From the NCBI RefSeq assembly GCF_006345805.1, contig NC_043015.1, forward strand, positions 36,580,001 to 36,644,000: DNA of 64,000 bases, read 5' to 3'. Shown here in pieces: positions 1 to 14,079 of this stretch (positions are counted from its first letter, which is position 1; each line of letters starts with the position of its first letter). The DNA comes from Octopus sinensis. Its lineage: Eukaryota. The notes beneath the pieces were generated by a model. The model had not been told where the DNA came from. It was given only the letters and a program-made list of their open reading frames with translations, and made no database searches. The position numbers and the translations under genes are program-made.

Positions 1-447
1 AGTTGTATTCACTGTATGAAGACATTGATGATACCCACATAATTAGCTAAAGGATTCTAAATAGCTAGCAATTAATCGGATTATAACGGATATATTTCAC
101 GACTGAATAAAACTCACACAAAAGAAATTCAAGTCATTAGCTGGGAAGAAGAGGATAGAAAACTTTTTTTTTTCTTTTTTGTTTCAGTATAATGTTGTAA
201 GCTGTGACAGTTTTAGTTTAATGAAGTATTTCTAAGAAGCGTTGAATTGCTTACAGCCGTTCAGTCGTTAATAAGGTTACTTTTCTTCGTTTACAGTAGA
301 AACCATCAATGGAGTGCCATATGAAAGTATATCCGATTGAAAATATAATTAGTAGTAAAGATATAAAACACCTGCGACATATATATACACAAATATGTAC
401 ATGCTTACATATGTATGCATATACATTCTCCACACACATAAGAAATA

Positions 448-559
448 TATTTCTTTATTTCATACAAGGGGCTAAACACAGAAGGGACAAACAAGGATGG
501 ACAAACGGATTAAGTCTATCATATCGACCCCAGTGCGTAACTGGTACTTATTTCCATCG
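448..559 (-). mobile_element. 3' fragment of tRNA-derived octopus-type SINE (family A)
   Basis: Close match to the tail of the copy at 33422-33648 (caaggggctaaaca..ggacaaacaagga..cggattaagtc..atcgaccccagtgcgtaactggtactta). Confidence 0.8.
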
Positions 560-706
560 TTCGACATTTACATATATATAGTCTTCACTCTCGAGACTAT
601 TATTAGGAAAAATAAAAATAAGAAATAAGTGGAAATTTTACCGGTGAGTGTGTTACATTATAAGGGACAGAAAGAAAATGACTCTCCCTAGACACAACAG
701 TAATAC

Positions 707-707
<1 letters not shown>

Positions 708-774
<67 letters not shown>
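708..774. repeat. (AT)n microsatellite
   Basis: Pure AT run. Confidence 0.95.
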
Positions 775-778
<4 letters not shown>

Positions 779-877
779 CTGTACGCATCTGCCTCTTTCT
801 TTCTTTGTGTCTTTCTTTCCTTCTCTCTCCCTCTGTGTCTATATATATATGTACGTATATATATATATATATATATA

Positions 878-909
<32 letters not shown>

Positions 910-1275
910 ATGTGTGTATATATACATTCCGATTGAAACTGTAGTGATGATCGTGATATTGAATCCGGGTATGAGAAATCCATTGTGTTTCTAAGAAAAA
1001 ATACTTTCCTCTGATGTTGCTTTGCGAATATGTCACCATCTTGCATATTGCAGACTGTGTACCTGTTCAATTAATGTCGATTTTACAGAGAGAATGAATT
1101 GATTCATAGTGCAGATATGAATATATCTCACTACGAAACAAAATAACCCCTGTGCAGTTTGTCCGGGATGAATCCGCGGGACACTGATCAGATGTTTACG
1201 ACAAGAGATCCCAGCGACACACGCATGCACGTGCACGCACACACATACACATACACACAGTCGCAAACATGCACG

Positions 1276-1279
<4 letters not shown>

Positions 1280-1328
<49 letters not shown>
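1280..1328. repeat. (AC)n microsatellite
   Basis: Pure AC run. Confidence 0.95.
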
Positions 1329-1333
<5 letters not shown>

Positions 1334-2127
1334 TATATATTGTTCTATATGAAAAATATACTTTGTATAGTTCTAACATTTTATAAGGTTTAAACATTCT
1401 CTGATAGAGAACTCGGTTCTTCGTATTGAGTGCTTAAGCTAGAATGCTCTGCTCCTTGCTGTATCAGTATAGGTGTGTGTCTCTGTGTATGTCTGTATGT
1501 CTCTGTAAGCGCTTATTCAAGAGCACATGTCTATGTGTGTTTTGTCTGTTAGTATGATTAGAATGAAACGTGTGGTCGCAATGCTGGAGCAGGTAACTTC
1601 GAAAAATACACAATCTATAACTTTCATTGACATTTCTTGATATTCTGCACATTTTTCTAGATTTACAGCAAAACTATTTCATCGTAAATTTTACAATTTC
1701 TTTTTCCTTGTATTTTTTCAAAACATCGAAATACTTGACGAAATAGGAAGAAATTTATAGTTATTTTATTCTTAAAAAAAATGTTCAAGTTTTTGCTTAC
1801 TTTTAGCTGCATGAACTGTCACATAGAAACCAATGAAATATTTACTACAAGTGCTGCTTCGACATCATTAATGATCCTGAATTATACGTATTCCTTCGCC
1901 TTCTTCTTTCGTCGTCGCCAGAAGCTTAACATCTTCCAACGTGATATTAATATTTAATCTCATAATACGTATTTAATTTTAACTTAGCAAGTCACGTTTT
2001 ATAATATTTCATTCCGTTAGAAAATGGTTGAGCGAATTTCATACAACCTGCCATGTTTCTTCTTTTACCTGTTGTTGTTTAGTTGTTGTTCTTGTTGTTG
2101 TTGTTGATCTTCTTCATTATCTCTTCG

Positions 2128-2215
2128 CTTCTTCTTCTTCTTCTTCTTCTTCTTCTTCTTCTTCTTCTTCTTCTTCTTCTTCTTCTTCTTCTTCTTCTTC
2201 TTCTTCTTCTTCTTC
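2128..2215. repeat. (TCT)n microsatellite
   Basis: Pure TCT run; source of the poly-S and poly-K ORFs. Confidence 0.95.
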
Positions 2216-2371
2216 TCTGAATGGATAGTAGGAAAAGAAAGGCTAGCTCCTATGAATTTAATTGGAATATGATCATATGAACATTTGTGTGCGTGTGTGT
2301 GTAATTGTGTGCGTAGCTGTATACATAGATTATTAGTATATACATACACACACATGCTCCCACGTATATGT

Positions 2372-2438
2372 ATACTCTTTTACTCTTTTACTCTTTTACT
2401 TGTTTCAGTCATTTGACTGTGGCCATGCTGGAGCACCG
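2372..2438 (-). mobile_element. 3' tail fragment of SINE family B
   Basis: (tactcttt)n followed by tacttgtttcagtcatttgactgtggccatgctggagcaccg, matching about 62945-62990. Confidence 0.75.
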
Positions 2439-3340
2439 ATGTATGTGTTCGTGTCTGTATGCTTAAGTGTATGTATAAATTTGTGTTGTGCGCATATTTT
2501 CCTGTGAACAGTGAACTGCAGACCTATACAATAATAAAAGCATGCTGCCACGTGACTAACACATTGACACAATCAAACAATTCCTAAACAAACGAGTTCG
2601 ATTCTAAGTTAAATCACGTCTTCCCTCACTTTTCATCTCTGTCCCTTTGTCTCTCCTTTTCTCTCTGCTCAATGATATCTATTCTTTTTAATCCAGTATT
2701 TTTCAATCTAGAGTCTGCGGCCATGCTGGAGTACCGCCTGTATAATAAAGTTTTCAATGGCCATTCTTCTCTGAGCGAGTTCGATATCGCAACACATTTT
2801 GAGCTTTGTCATCCGTGATGTAGAATATTACGGGATCAAATTGTTTCAAGAAGATATCTGCCTCTACTTTCCATGTAGATATATAAATGTTTTGGCATTA
2901 AGTAGCCGTGGGCCCTATTTTTCTAGTATTTTCTTTTGTTGTTGTTGTTTTGCAAAAGTAGATTCTCTCCAATTCTTGTCCTCCTTTGACTTATTGAAAA
3001 ATAGTCAATAAATTCCTTGAGCTGCACTCAAAAATAACAAAAGTGCATTTTAATCTTACTGCACTGTATTATAAAATGAGGAATAAATAACCAACGAAGA
3101 GAATGATATACAACAAAATGCATGATGACCATAACTGGGTTAGAGTTTAACCTGTCTGCTCCATTATGGCTAACGTTGAGTCGATACTAACAAGAAATAA
3201 TTTCTTCTCCATGTGAACAGCGAAGAAATCAATTTTGTTGGTCGTAAGCTCATCTGATATGAAAACATAATAGCTACTTTCATCTGAGGTGAAGCGGGAT
3301 AGGAAACAAAGCCCCGTATTCCTTTCAAATTGCTTTTGAA

Positions 3341-3548
3341 AGAGTCTAGAGAAAGAAGCCACAGAAAGAGGTCACAAAAAAGAGACTAGAGAAAGAGGCT
3401 ACAGAAAGCGGCGACAGAGAAAGAGGCTAGAGAAAGAGGTCACAGAAAGAGACTACAGAAGGAGGCTGGACAAAGAGGCCAGAGAGAGAAACTATAGAGT
3501 CTACAGAAAGAGGACTCAAAAAGACTAGAAAAGGGTCTAGAGAAAGGG
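3341..3548 (+). repeat. Degenerate purine-rich minisatellite, unit about 14 nt (AGAAAGAGGCTAC-like)
   Basis: Recurrent agaaagaggctac / agaaagaggtcac / agaaagagactac units in tandem. Confidence 0.75.
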
Positions 3549-3994
3549 AAGGGCATCTATTTACCTGATGGTTTTGTTAGAAATGTGAGGCAATTGCGTT
3601 TGCCACTTTAAAAAATGATAAGTCCAGTAGCTTTATCTACTTTGCCTATCAATCAAATCGCAGTCATTTCATGGTTGTCGATCTCCGGAAAAAAATAGCA
3701 AATATTTACAGCTGCATCGAACTGAGAACCACGTAGTTGAATGTCGAGGTTTTGATTGTCCAAGCATTTGATTGGACGCTCTACCGATTCTGCCAGTTCA
3801 ACGCCTACAATAAACAATGTGCATGTTTTGCTACCGTATCGAGTAGTATGTCCATCGATGAGACGTAATAACAAATTGAAAAACTGTCAACATAATATCA
3901 TTTTTGAAAGAAGATGATCAAGTCTACAAATAAATTAATTTATTACTGCAAAGTATTGTGACATGATTGTTGTGCGTATTGAAATGTGTGAGTA

Positions 3995-4215
3995 AGGTGG
4001 GTGGTGAGCTGGCAGAAAGCGTTAGCGCGCCGGAAGAAACGCTTAGCGCCATTTCTCCGGCTTTACGTTCAGATTTCAAGTTTTGCTCAGGTCGACTTTG
4101 CCTTTCGTCTTTTCAAGTTTGATGAAATAAGCACCAGTTGTTCACTGCGGTCGATGTATTCGATAAAACCCTCCCCTAAAATTGCCGGCCTTGTACCAAA
4201 ATTTGAGACCCATTA
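3995..4215 (+). mobile_element. tRNA-derived SINE (family A head and core, alternative tail)
   Basis: ggtgagctggcagaaagcgttagc head, gtcgactttgcctttcgtc..gatgaaataagcaccagtt core and ggccttgtaccaaaatttga tail; homologous to the reverse complement of 33422-33648. Confidence 0.75.
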
Positions 4216-4830
4216 AACGTGCGAGTTTGTTTCCTTTTGATTGAGACAAAGAACACCGTTATGTTTTGGATTCGTGAATCCTTATTTATTTCGGAGTGAC
4301 CTAAAATTTTACTTATCAATTAAGGAAACAACGTCTTCGTGGAAGTTTCAAGTGGAAAGAATGGCAGAGAAAAACTTCCCCAATCGCATGCATTAAAATT
4401 TAATTTTATTTTTCATAAATGAGAGTAACGTTGTGTTTGGGAGAGTGATATCTGTGCCAAGGGTATGGAGAGCTTGGGTCTTAGGTGGACCGAATGAGCA
4501 ATGGCGTGGAAGCAAGCAACAGCAAGAACAACAACCACGACGCATGTTCCATTTTCTATTGAGTGCTTCTCAGAAACTGCTGGTGAGCCTTAATCATGCA
4601 TACAGAGAATGGCACGTGATCGGAAATCGAACAACCCATCAATCGATCTCCATATCTGTTGCTATGGTTTTCAAATGCTGACAAAAAGCAATTTAGGCAC
4701 TAAAGAAAAAAAAATATATACAACAATGGCTTTAATGTAATTTCAAGTTTTAAAGTAAATCTAAGTCTAACAATTTTAGAATTTTCGATTTACTAAATGA
4801 AAACAGAAGGAAAAGCAGAGAAATATTACA

Positions 4831-4907
<77 letters not shown>

Positions 4908-4924
4908 ACTACTACTACTACTAC

Positions 4925-4958
<34 letters not shown>
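4831..4958. repeat. (AAT)n/(ACT)n microsatellite
   Basis: Direct reading. Confidence 0.95.
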
Positions 4959-5428
4959 TAAAGGCTAAACATTAAACGACAATAAAAAATGAGAATGGAA
5001 TCAAAAGAATTGTGAGGAATCTAAATTGTATTTTTGAATAACTTTATATTGGAAGAGATTGTGTTTAGTGAGAGGAGATAGCAATATGAATCTGGAGACA
5101 GCGAATTCTTCTCCTGGAAATGGAGTAAATTCTTGCTAACTGACATAACGAAATGTAATTGCTAAATAATGACGTTAGATTTTTATGGACGCTGTTGACA
5201 AGTAACTGGTCTGATTACATTTCCTTTTCCTTAATTAGGTTTTAATGAACCAGTGAAAACTTTAGCTACAGAATCTAATTGTCTTCCCGTAGCCTGAATT
5301 TAAATGCCGACGCGGTTTATACCTACACACGATTACATGTGCACGCATACGCACATACATACACACACACACACACACATACTCATACACAATACGTGTA
5401 TGTGCGCTGATTAGGCATATATATATAC

Positions 5429-5499
<71 letters not shown>

Positions 5500-5501
<2 letters not shown>

Positions 5502-6495
5502 CACACACATGTATATATAGATGATTACATAGATACGTGTGTGTGTGTGTCTGTACATGCATGTACACAAACACACACACACACACACACACATATATTT
5601 AAATGTGTGCATGTATATATATGTGTGTGAGTGTGTGTATTTACATATGTGTGTGTGCGTGTGTGATTATTCATGTTTAAGACTGGAAATGTGTATACTA
5701 AATAAGTATATGTTTGAAGTTTATGAGTTATAGATACATATACATACATACGTATATACATATATATTTACGGAGAGAGAGAGACAGAGTGTGAGAGAGT
5801 CAGAAGATATAAGAATGATGATGGTAGATATATTTACATTATATATATATATTTATGCATATGTATATAAATAGAGAGTTAAATGTGTGTGCGTATATAT
5901 ATACATGCATATATATATATATATATTTATACATGCATATATACACATATGTGTATATATAGACATATGTATATGTTCCTATATATATATATTATATACA
6001 TATATATATATATACACACACATGTATATATAGATGATTACATAGATACGTGTGTGTGTGTGTCTGTACATGCATGTACACAAACACACACACACACACA
6101 CACACATATATTTAAATGTGTGCATGTATATATATGTGTGTGAGTGTGTGTATTTACATATGTGTGTGTGCGTGTGTGATTATTCATGTTTAAGACTGGA
6201 AATGTGTATACTAAAATAAGTATATGTTTGAAGTTTATGAGTTATAGATACATATACATACATACGTATATACATATATATTTAACGGAGAGAGAGAGAC
6301 AGAGTGTGAGAGAGTCAGAAGATATAAAGAATGATGATGGTAGATATATTTACATTATATATATATATTTATGCATATGTATATAAATAGAGAGTTAAAT
6401 GTGTGTGCGTATATATATACATGCATATATATATATATATATATTTATACATGCATATATACACATATGTGTATATATAGACATATGTATATGTT

Positions 6496-6500
<5 letters not shown>
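5500..6500. repeat. Tandem duplication of an approximately 513-bp unit bounded by (TA)n
   Basis: gatgattacatagatacg occurs at about 5520 and 6033; the two units are near-identical. Confidence 0.9.
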
Positions 6501-6555
<55 letters not shown>

Positions 6556-7255
6556 GTATGTGTATATATATATATGTATGTATATCCATATGTTCATATA
6601 CATGTATACATTTTTACACCAACAGATAGAGTAACAAAAGTATTCATGGATATGAGTGTGTATGCATGAAAAGTTACTATTATATTTCCAATTAGAATAT
6701 ATTGCACAGGAAAATCGGCAATTCCTAATTAGAAGGTAGTTAATGAAGCCGTCAGAAGCTGACTATATATTATTGGCGTACAACTCACTGGTTACTTAGA
6801 AATATATAACGTAAAATTTAATAATACCATCAAGAAATAAATATCGCCAGAGATATCACAATGAACATAAATAAAGAAGAAAAAAAAGAACTTCATAACA
6901 GCATTGATATTGGATGGAATAGTCTTGTGATTTAAATGAGGCTTTTAAGAATTCTTCATTATTTTAGAAAATTTATATTTTGAATGCTTTTTTTTTTTAA
7001 AAACTTTCTTTCTGCAATATTTTAAACTCTCTCTCTCTCTCTCTCTCTCTCCTCCAAACCTTCTTTCTATAACTCTTTCTCTTTTATTGTCACTCTATGA
7101 CATCTAATTAATTTGCAATATACATAGAAAGTTAATAATATTGCAATGTGACAAACACAACTGCAAAAACGACGATGATCCTCATGAGGATGATGATGAT
7201 GAGGAGGAGGATGGGAGGAGGTTTGGGAGGAGGAGGAAGATGGTGATCCCTTTTT

Positions 7256-8110
7256 CTAGGCACAAGGAGTGATAACTTCAAAAACCCCATTAGTTATGGA
7301 ATCTTTCAATTTCTTAATAGTAGCCGTTTGGACTGCTTCTGCTGCAGCTTCGATGGTGGTCATCCATAAGACTTCTTTCGACGTAAATTGGCGTCCATCA
7401 GCACAATGATGGACCAAAGATTTTCGATAGGGTTGAGATCCGAAGATGCAAGCGGCCACACCATCAACCTTTCAACTTGTATACCGTAAGACCCTAGGAA
7501 TGTTTAGGTGGTCCTAGCAGAGTGGGAGTAAGCGTTATCATGGATGAATATGGGATTCCTTACAAGTGACAGTATTCTGTTTATTTCGCCAGGGATCGAC
7601 GCCCTCCTTCAGAAGGTTGCAGTAGGCTGCTGCGGTCACTTTAATCTTTTCAGGTATCCTTACTGGGCCAACAAGTCTGTCCACAATGATACCATAACTC
7701 TTCCATCATATCGTTGACGTAGTAAACGTTGGTGACGTTCATCTCCAAAATAGATCCAACCATTCACCCAACCGTCAGGATCCTAAAGGGTCGCCTTGGC
7801 TCCTTCAGTGAACAGAACACAACTAAAGTCTAACGCCATGTACTTTTGGGCCCATGGAGGTACTTTCAGGCTTTCTCGCACGGAAGCCATGGTCCTGAGG
7901 ATGCGACTTCTGGTGGTTTTCGGTACATAAGGAATTTGGAATGCGGTGAAAATTATTTTGCTTGTTTGTCCAGGTTTCTCACATAACTTGCAGCCAATAT
8001 TGCTAAAAATTCCTAGTTCTCACGGTCTCGGAGTTAATTCATTTCCTTAGAGTTGAAGCTTACATATTTTTATGCGTATTTAGGTAGATTTGTTTTAAAG
8101 TTGCATGCTT
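7256..8110 (-). mobile_element. Decayed Tc1/mariner transposase, DD37E (TRT-like) family
   Basis: Minus-strand translation: PKTTRSRILRTMASVR, WAQKYMALDFSCVLFTEG..DPDGWVNGWI, IFIHDNAYSHSARTT*TFLGSYGIQVERLMVWPLASSDLNPIENLWSII, ADGRQFTSKEVLW. 37 residues lie between the second D and the E. Stops and frameshifts are present. Confidence 0.88.
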
Positions 8111-9494
8111 GGGGAGCAACTGAGCATAGCAACCTCCTGTTAGTAAATAAAACGTTTGTGGCAATCTGCCTTAAAAAGGAACTCTATATAATGTAAATCA
8201 AACAATGCACTAGCTGCCCAGTACAGCTGAAACTTCGTCAGAGAGATGGAAATTCACTTTTAAGAAAAACAATTTCGCTACCGATTTATAAACCAACACA
8301 ATATTAGATTAAAGAATGCTTCTTGCTGCGCTAGTTGAATTGCTGTTGCACGTACATTAAATAGTAAACGAAAAAAGATCCTCGAGCAAAGTGGACCCTG
8401 TACCATAGAGGTCATTGTTGACATGCATATTTCTTCTGGCGTAACTGAGGTTAGCTGCCCCATATTATAGAGAACCCCGAATAATATATATTTAAAAAGA
8501 ATTAATTCCATCCATCCCGATGTATTAGAAATCTTGGAAGAACTTAATATCTCGATATCATATAAGAATCAGAAGCCTCCGCATACAGATGAACATACAT
8601 AAGTATAAATTTCGAGAAAAATCCAGCGAATTCTGTGAAATATGCATTAATTTATTTTTCAGAATCCATAGAAACTGCGGCAGATAATCAGAATAGACAG
8701 ATTTCTCTGCAAAGAAGGAATTTGAAAATTCTCAGTAAAGCCATGTCTGTCGAAAAACAGGTGCGGTGGAACTGTAATGGTATGATTTAATTCATAAGAA
8801 AGACACTTCTGCTTACAGTAGTAGCAGTAGTCTCTTAATAATAGAGGAAAATATTAGGTTGACATCCCTGTTGGTATTGCTCCTTAGCCACACATATCCG
8901 TCCTATTCAGGTTATCGGTCTATGGAGATGTCCATTCAGCCTCCGTTCTGTCTTATGTTTCCAGATTAACCTTATCGCTTCTCTTGACTTTTATAGGACA
9001 GCAGGATGTCAATAACCCTCAATAATTCAACGTTCTGCGTCGAAAATATTTTGACTTAGGTAGTGTGAGCAATATAATAAATATTAGATGTGTGTGTACA
9101 AGTGTGTGTGTGTAAACGTTCGGTTATTTAATCCATCAACTGATGGCTGGATTAGACTACAAACGCCAATAGGTGTTACATGTAAAAGATATTAGAAATT
9201 CTTCAGACAGAGAATCAAATAAATATCATTTGATCCTCTATCTGGAGATACCATTAACAATTTTTATACATACAACTTTAGATGTAATTTTCATTAGCAA
9301 ATGAATCTCATACAATAAGTAACGTCAAAACAATTTATTCCACTATTGTCTTTGATATGCAGTTGCTGTCCAAATGTTTTCCAGAATTTTCAACACTTAT
9401 GCATGTCTCATAGAAACATAACATACAACTTTGGATTACCGGGATAAGCAGATGTGATTGAAGTGGTCACAGTTTGGATCTGAACCCCATCTAT

Positions 9495-9496
<2 letters not shown>

Positions 9497-9553
<57 letters not shown>
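9497..9553. repeat. (AT)n microsatellite
   Basis: Direct reading. Confidence 0.95.
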
Positions 9554-9556
<3 letters not shown>

Positions 9557-10039
9557 TGTGTATTTATGAAAATGCCTGATAATCACTCAAATGTGTGACA
9601 TTTTATGAAATAGAGTGTATCTTGTTTTATAAAAAAATTTCAAAAGCCAGAATGTACAAACAAGTTATACGTATGGTGGCAGGTAAGAAATTAATGTCTA
9701 GTCCTTATCTTACATTCAAATTAAATTCAAGTAGATGTCCTCAAACCGATGGAGCATGACAACAGCAACAATAAGAATAACAGCGACATCGAAATGAGCA
9801 CCAATCACAACAACAGCAAGAACAACAACAGCATTTGCAATAACAAGGACAACCACGACGCTAATATTTCGATTTTTTTACCTCAACATTTCGTTCGCGT
9901 TTTGCTGAAAATGTTTACATTTTCAACACAAATTTCATGAAATTTCCTCCGCTTACCATTATTTACAAGCTGAACACGTCTACACTTCAATGATATTGAC
10001 CTACAATATTTGCTTGGAGGTATTGCTGTTGATGCTGTT

Positions 10040-10069
10040 ACAACAACAACAACAGCAACAACAACAACA

Positions 10070-10106
<37 letters not shown>

Positions 10107-10335
10107 TCCTCCTCATGGTCATCATCACCATCATCTTCATCATCGTCATAACCATCAGTATCATTATTATTATTATTGAATTTATTAATAGTAACTCTAG
10201 TCTTACTAATATTTTCTTTATTACTATTATCAATATTATTACTACTACATTTGCAACCTCTCCCTCTTCCCTCTCTTCCACGTCCTCATTCTTCTTCCTT
10301 GTCTTTTTCTTTTTCTTCTTTTTCTTATTAATATG

Positions 10336-10377
<42 letters not shown>

Positions 10378-10585
10378 GTTATTATTATTATTATTATCAT
10401 TATTTTCATTATTATTATTATCATCATTCATATTATTACTAACATTATTACTGTTATTTGTATTATTACTTTTATTATTATCATTATTATTAGTAGTAGT
10501 AGCAGTAGTAGTGGTGGTGGTGGTGGTGGTGATGGTAGTAGTGGTAGTGGTAGTATTATTATTATTAGTAGTAGTAGTTTCATTA
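10040..10585. repeat. Compound trinucleotide low-complexity tract (ACA/ACT/CAT/TAT/GGT)
   Basis: Direct reading. Confidence 0.9.
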
Positions 10586-12054
10586 TAATGTGACGTATCA
10601 GGCAGTCACTGTGGACGGAGCCACTTAAAGGTCGATTCCAATGAGTCATTTGCTCTCCGTGGTCATTCGAATGCAGAGCTGAAACAAACAATGGCAAACC
10701 CGCCCTCAGGGCCCATCCCACATCGCTTCAAATGTTTAAAAAAAAAACGGACAATATATTAAGTACCACTATCCATGTTTCCACCATAATATCGATCTAC
10801 ACGTATAGCCTGGAAGGATTAAAGAATAGTAACACGAATACACACACGCTCGCATACATACATACATGTATATATACGTGTGTCTGTGGAAGGATGTATA
10901 TATATGTATATATATATATATATATAATATATATATATATATATTTACACATATATATGTATGTGTACATATATATATATGTGCATATATGTATATATGC
11001 ACATACATATATATGTGTCCATATATATATATATATACACACACACGCACACACATATATATATCATATATATATATATGTATATATATGTATATATACA
11101 TATATCAAACATGAAATGAAAGCGGTAGTTAAGTTATAGCCTCGTTTTGATATCACAAGAAATATTAGTGACTGTAATATTTACATAACCTCTGATTGAC
11201 GTCATATTTTCTTTGAACTGCCAGATTCCCTCTCTCTGTCCCCCTTTCTGTCTCTCTTTCTCTTTCTGTCTCTTTCTCTCTCCCTTGATAACAATGTATT
11301 TTATCTCCAACTTTTATGTTGCCATTTTCCTGTCTTTTCGTGACAAAATATTCTTCATATAGAAACATGAAGATTAAATAATGTTGTTTCAATATGTACC
11401 CATTCATTCGACTTTTATAAAAGCTAAATCTATACACAAATCTACAAAAATTAAATGAAAAAATTCAACGCTAACCAAAACATGAACCAAACACAAAATG
11501 TCTAAACCACCGAAATGGTATAAACCCAAACATTTACAAAAAGTAGATACGAAATGTTGCGTGTTATATACAAATATTTAAAGTTTAAATAAGGAATAAA
11601 CATAACGCGTATTTTATGACTTTCGTTCATTGGATCCTATAAAAGTTGCAAGTTTGGATTTTCAGGGATGAATTCTACAAGGAAGTATAGCTTAAATTGC
11701 ATTTCACTCAGTCAGTATTGTCCATAAAATGCCTTTGATCTCCAAATAGATATGAGCCGTTTTCATTTCACAAGAAATGTGCATTCACATATACCAACGT
11801 ATATTGGTATAAACACGCACGGACATATATGCGCACACACACACACACACACTCACACACACACATATATATACATGTGTATACATAGTATATATAGTAA
11901 TGTACATATCCACACACACACACACACATATATGGATATGTATGTATATACACACACACACACTCTTCCGTGCATATATATTCAGCTACTTTCATGCGCA
12001 CAAATATACGTAGACAAACTCATAAATTATTGTTATACATTCATCATTTTTATA

Positions 12055-12093
12055 GCTACTACTACTGCTGCCTCTACTACTACTACTACAGCA

Positions 12094-12133
<40 letters not shown>

Positions 12134-12209
12134 ATACTACTACTAATACTACTACTACATCAACTACTACTACTAATACTACTACTACTACTATACTACT
12201 ACTACTACA

Positions 12210-12244
<35 letters not shown>

Positions 12245-12725
12245 CAATGCTTGTCAGTACTTACAATATCAACTTTTGTAACAATGGTATGATGACAAAT
12301 TCCATTTACGTCGACATCTTAATCATCATCATAAGTCATTGTCACATCTTCTACAGAAACCACCACCACCAACAACAACAACAACACCACAACCACGGTT
12401 CCGTCTACTGTCATCATCATCGTTAAAATTTCTTGTCATCATCATCATCATCATAACTGTCGCCATCGTCAGTACCACTTGGGGTACTTCAACACCACCA
12501 CCACCACCACCACCACTACCATCAGCATCACCATTGCAACAATCCCAACCATCATCATTATCACCATCACCTTCATAAACTACCTCATTATCATCATCAT
12601 CATCATCGCTGTCATAATCATTATCATCATCATTATCATAATCACAATCATCATCATAATCATCATAAACCTCATCATCATCAACATAATTATGATAAAT
12701 GATATAGTCGTCATCATCATCATCA
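12055..12725. repeat. Compound trinucleotide tract (ACT/CAC/CAT)
   Basis: Direct reading. Confidence 0.9.
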
Positions 12726-13136
12726 TTCACATGCCCTACCACTACACACTGCATTCTTCATCACAGGAACAACGCACTTTGATTTTAGCGTGTTCTTTAA
12801 AGAATAATTACATACAAATAAGTTCGAACCAAGTTGTGACGTTCTTTTCTTTCCTTTTAAAACTATTTTCCACTTTCTTCTGCTTTGGAATTCTTCAAAC
12901 CTTTCTTCAATTTTGCTTCTCTACATAAATACAGCAAACACACCCACCCCGCCACAAATAAATGCGAACATATATAACGCGTTTTAAAAGTTGGCTCTTC
13001 GACAATTTTTGTCTGAAGTTCAGTACCATTTTGTATGGCATTCGACAAAAGATATCTTCTGTGTCCCGTGCCTCACCAAAGCAGTGTGAGTAAACCGGTT
13101 GGCAGACACTGAAGGTGTGTGGAAGATTTTCACGTG

Positions 13137-13142
<6 letters not shown>

Positions 13143-13208
<66 letters not shown>

Positions 13209-13233
13209 ATGTGTGTGTGTGTATATATGTATG

Positions 13234-13300
<67 letters not shown>
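13143..13300. repeat. (AT)n microsatellite block
   Basis: Direct reading. Confidence 0.95.
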
Positions 13301-13304
<4 letters not shown>

Positions 13305-14037
13305 GTGCGTTTGAGAGTGTGCACACAAACACTTGTTTTATATGTGTACGCACACACGTGTGTTTGTGTGTGTGCGTGCGTACATGTGTGTGTGTCTCTG
13401 TCTGTGTATGTGTATCATTTTGTGTACATGTATACTCTTAACCGATTTCACACCTGATTTTCAAAAGCCACTTTCTCTCTATAAAAACAAACGGTTTTTA
13501 AAATAATGACAAGAAACAGCAAGTACGCGACACAGCTCCATGGAACACACATTTTTGAAAATCCGATGTGAAACCTGTTGTGTAAGTGTATAAGTGGAAA
13601 CGTGTGAGGAGAAATAAGATCATAGTGATCAAATATGGAAATCAGGTGAAAAAGTTGTATCAAACTTCTTCCTTCTGTGAGTGAATGTCGGCAGAGGAAG
13701 ATGTTTTGGCTTGCTGCTCACAGTCTTGAATATTTCATGAGATTAGTGCTTTAGGGAGGCTGTTGGAGTTAAATTTTAGCTCTCATTTCTAGCAATTGTA
13801 GATGCTATTTTACACTGCCATTTATTAATTTTCCCTTTTGGGGATTTAATTGCTATAGCCACCTCAATTATAATGTATTTAATATAGCATAATATATATA
13901 TATACATACACACAATTATACATACATGCATACACTTACACACGCATGCGCATACGCACACGCATATGTACACATGCACACACACACACATAGAAAGAGA
14001 GAGAGAGAGTGAGAAATAAGCAGATAAATAGATAGAT

Positions 14038-14079
<42 letters not shown>

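Noticed and set aside
3341-3548. CRISPR-like array
   Set aside because: No unique spacers, degenerate units and a eukaryotic context.
13662-13706. Short hairpin resembling a pre-miRNA
   Set aside because: Only about 45 nt with bulges, and no miRNA sequence that I recognise.
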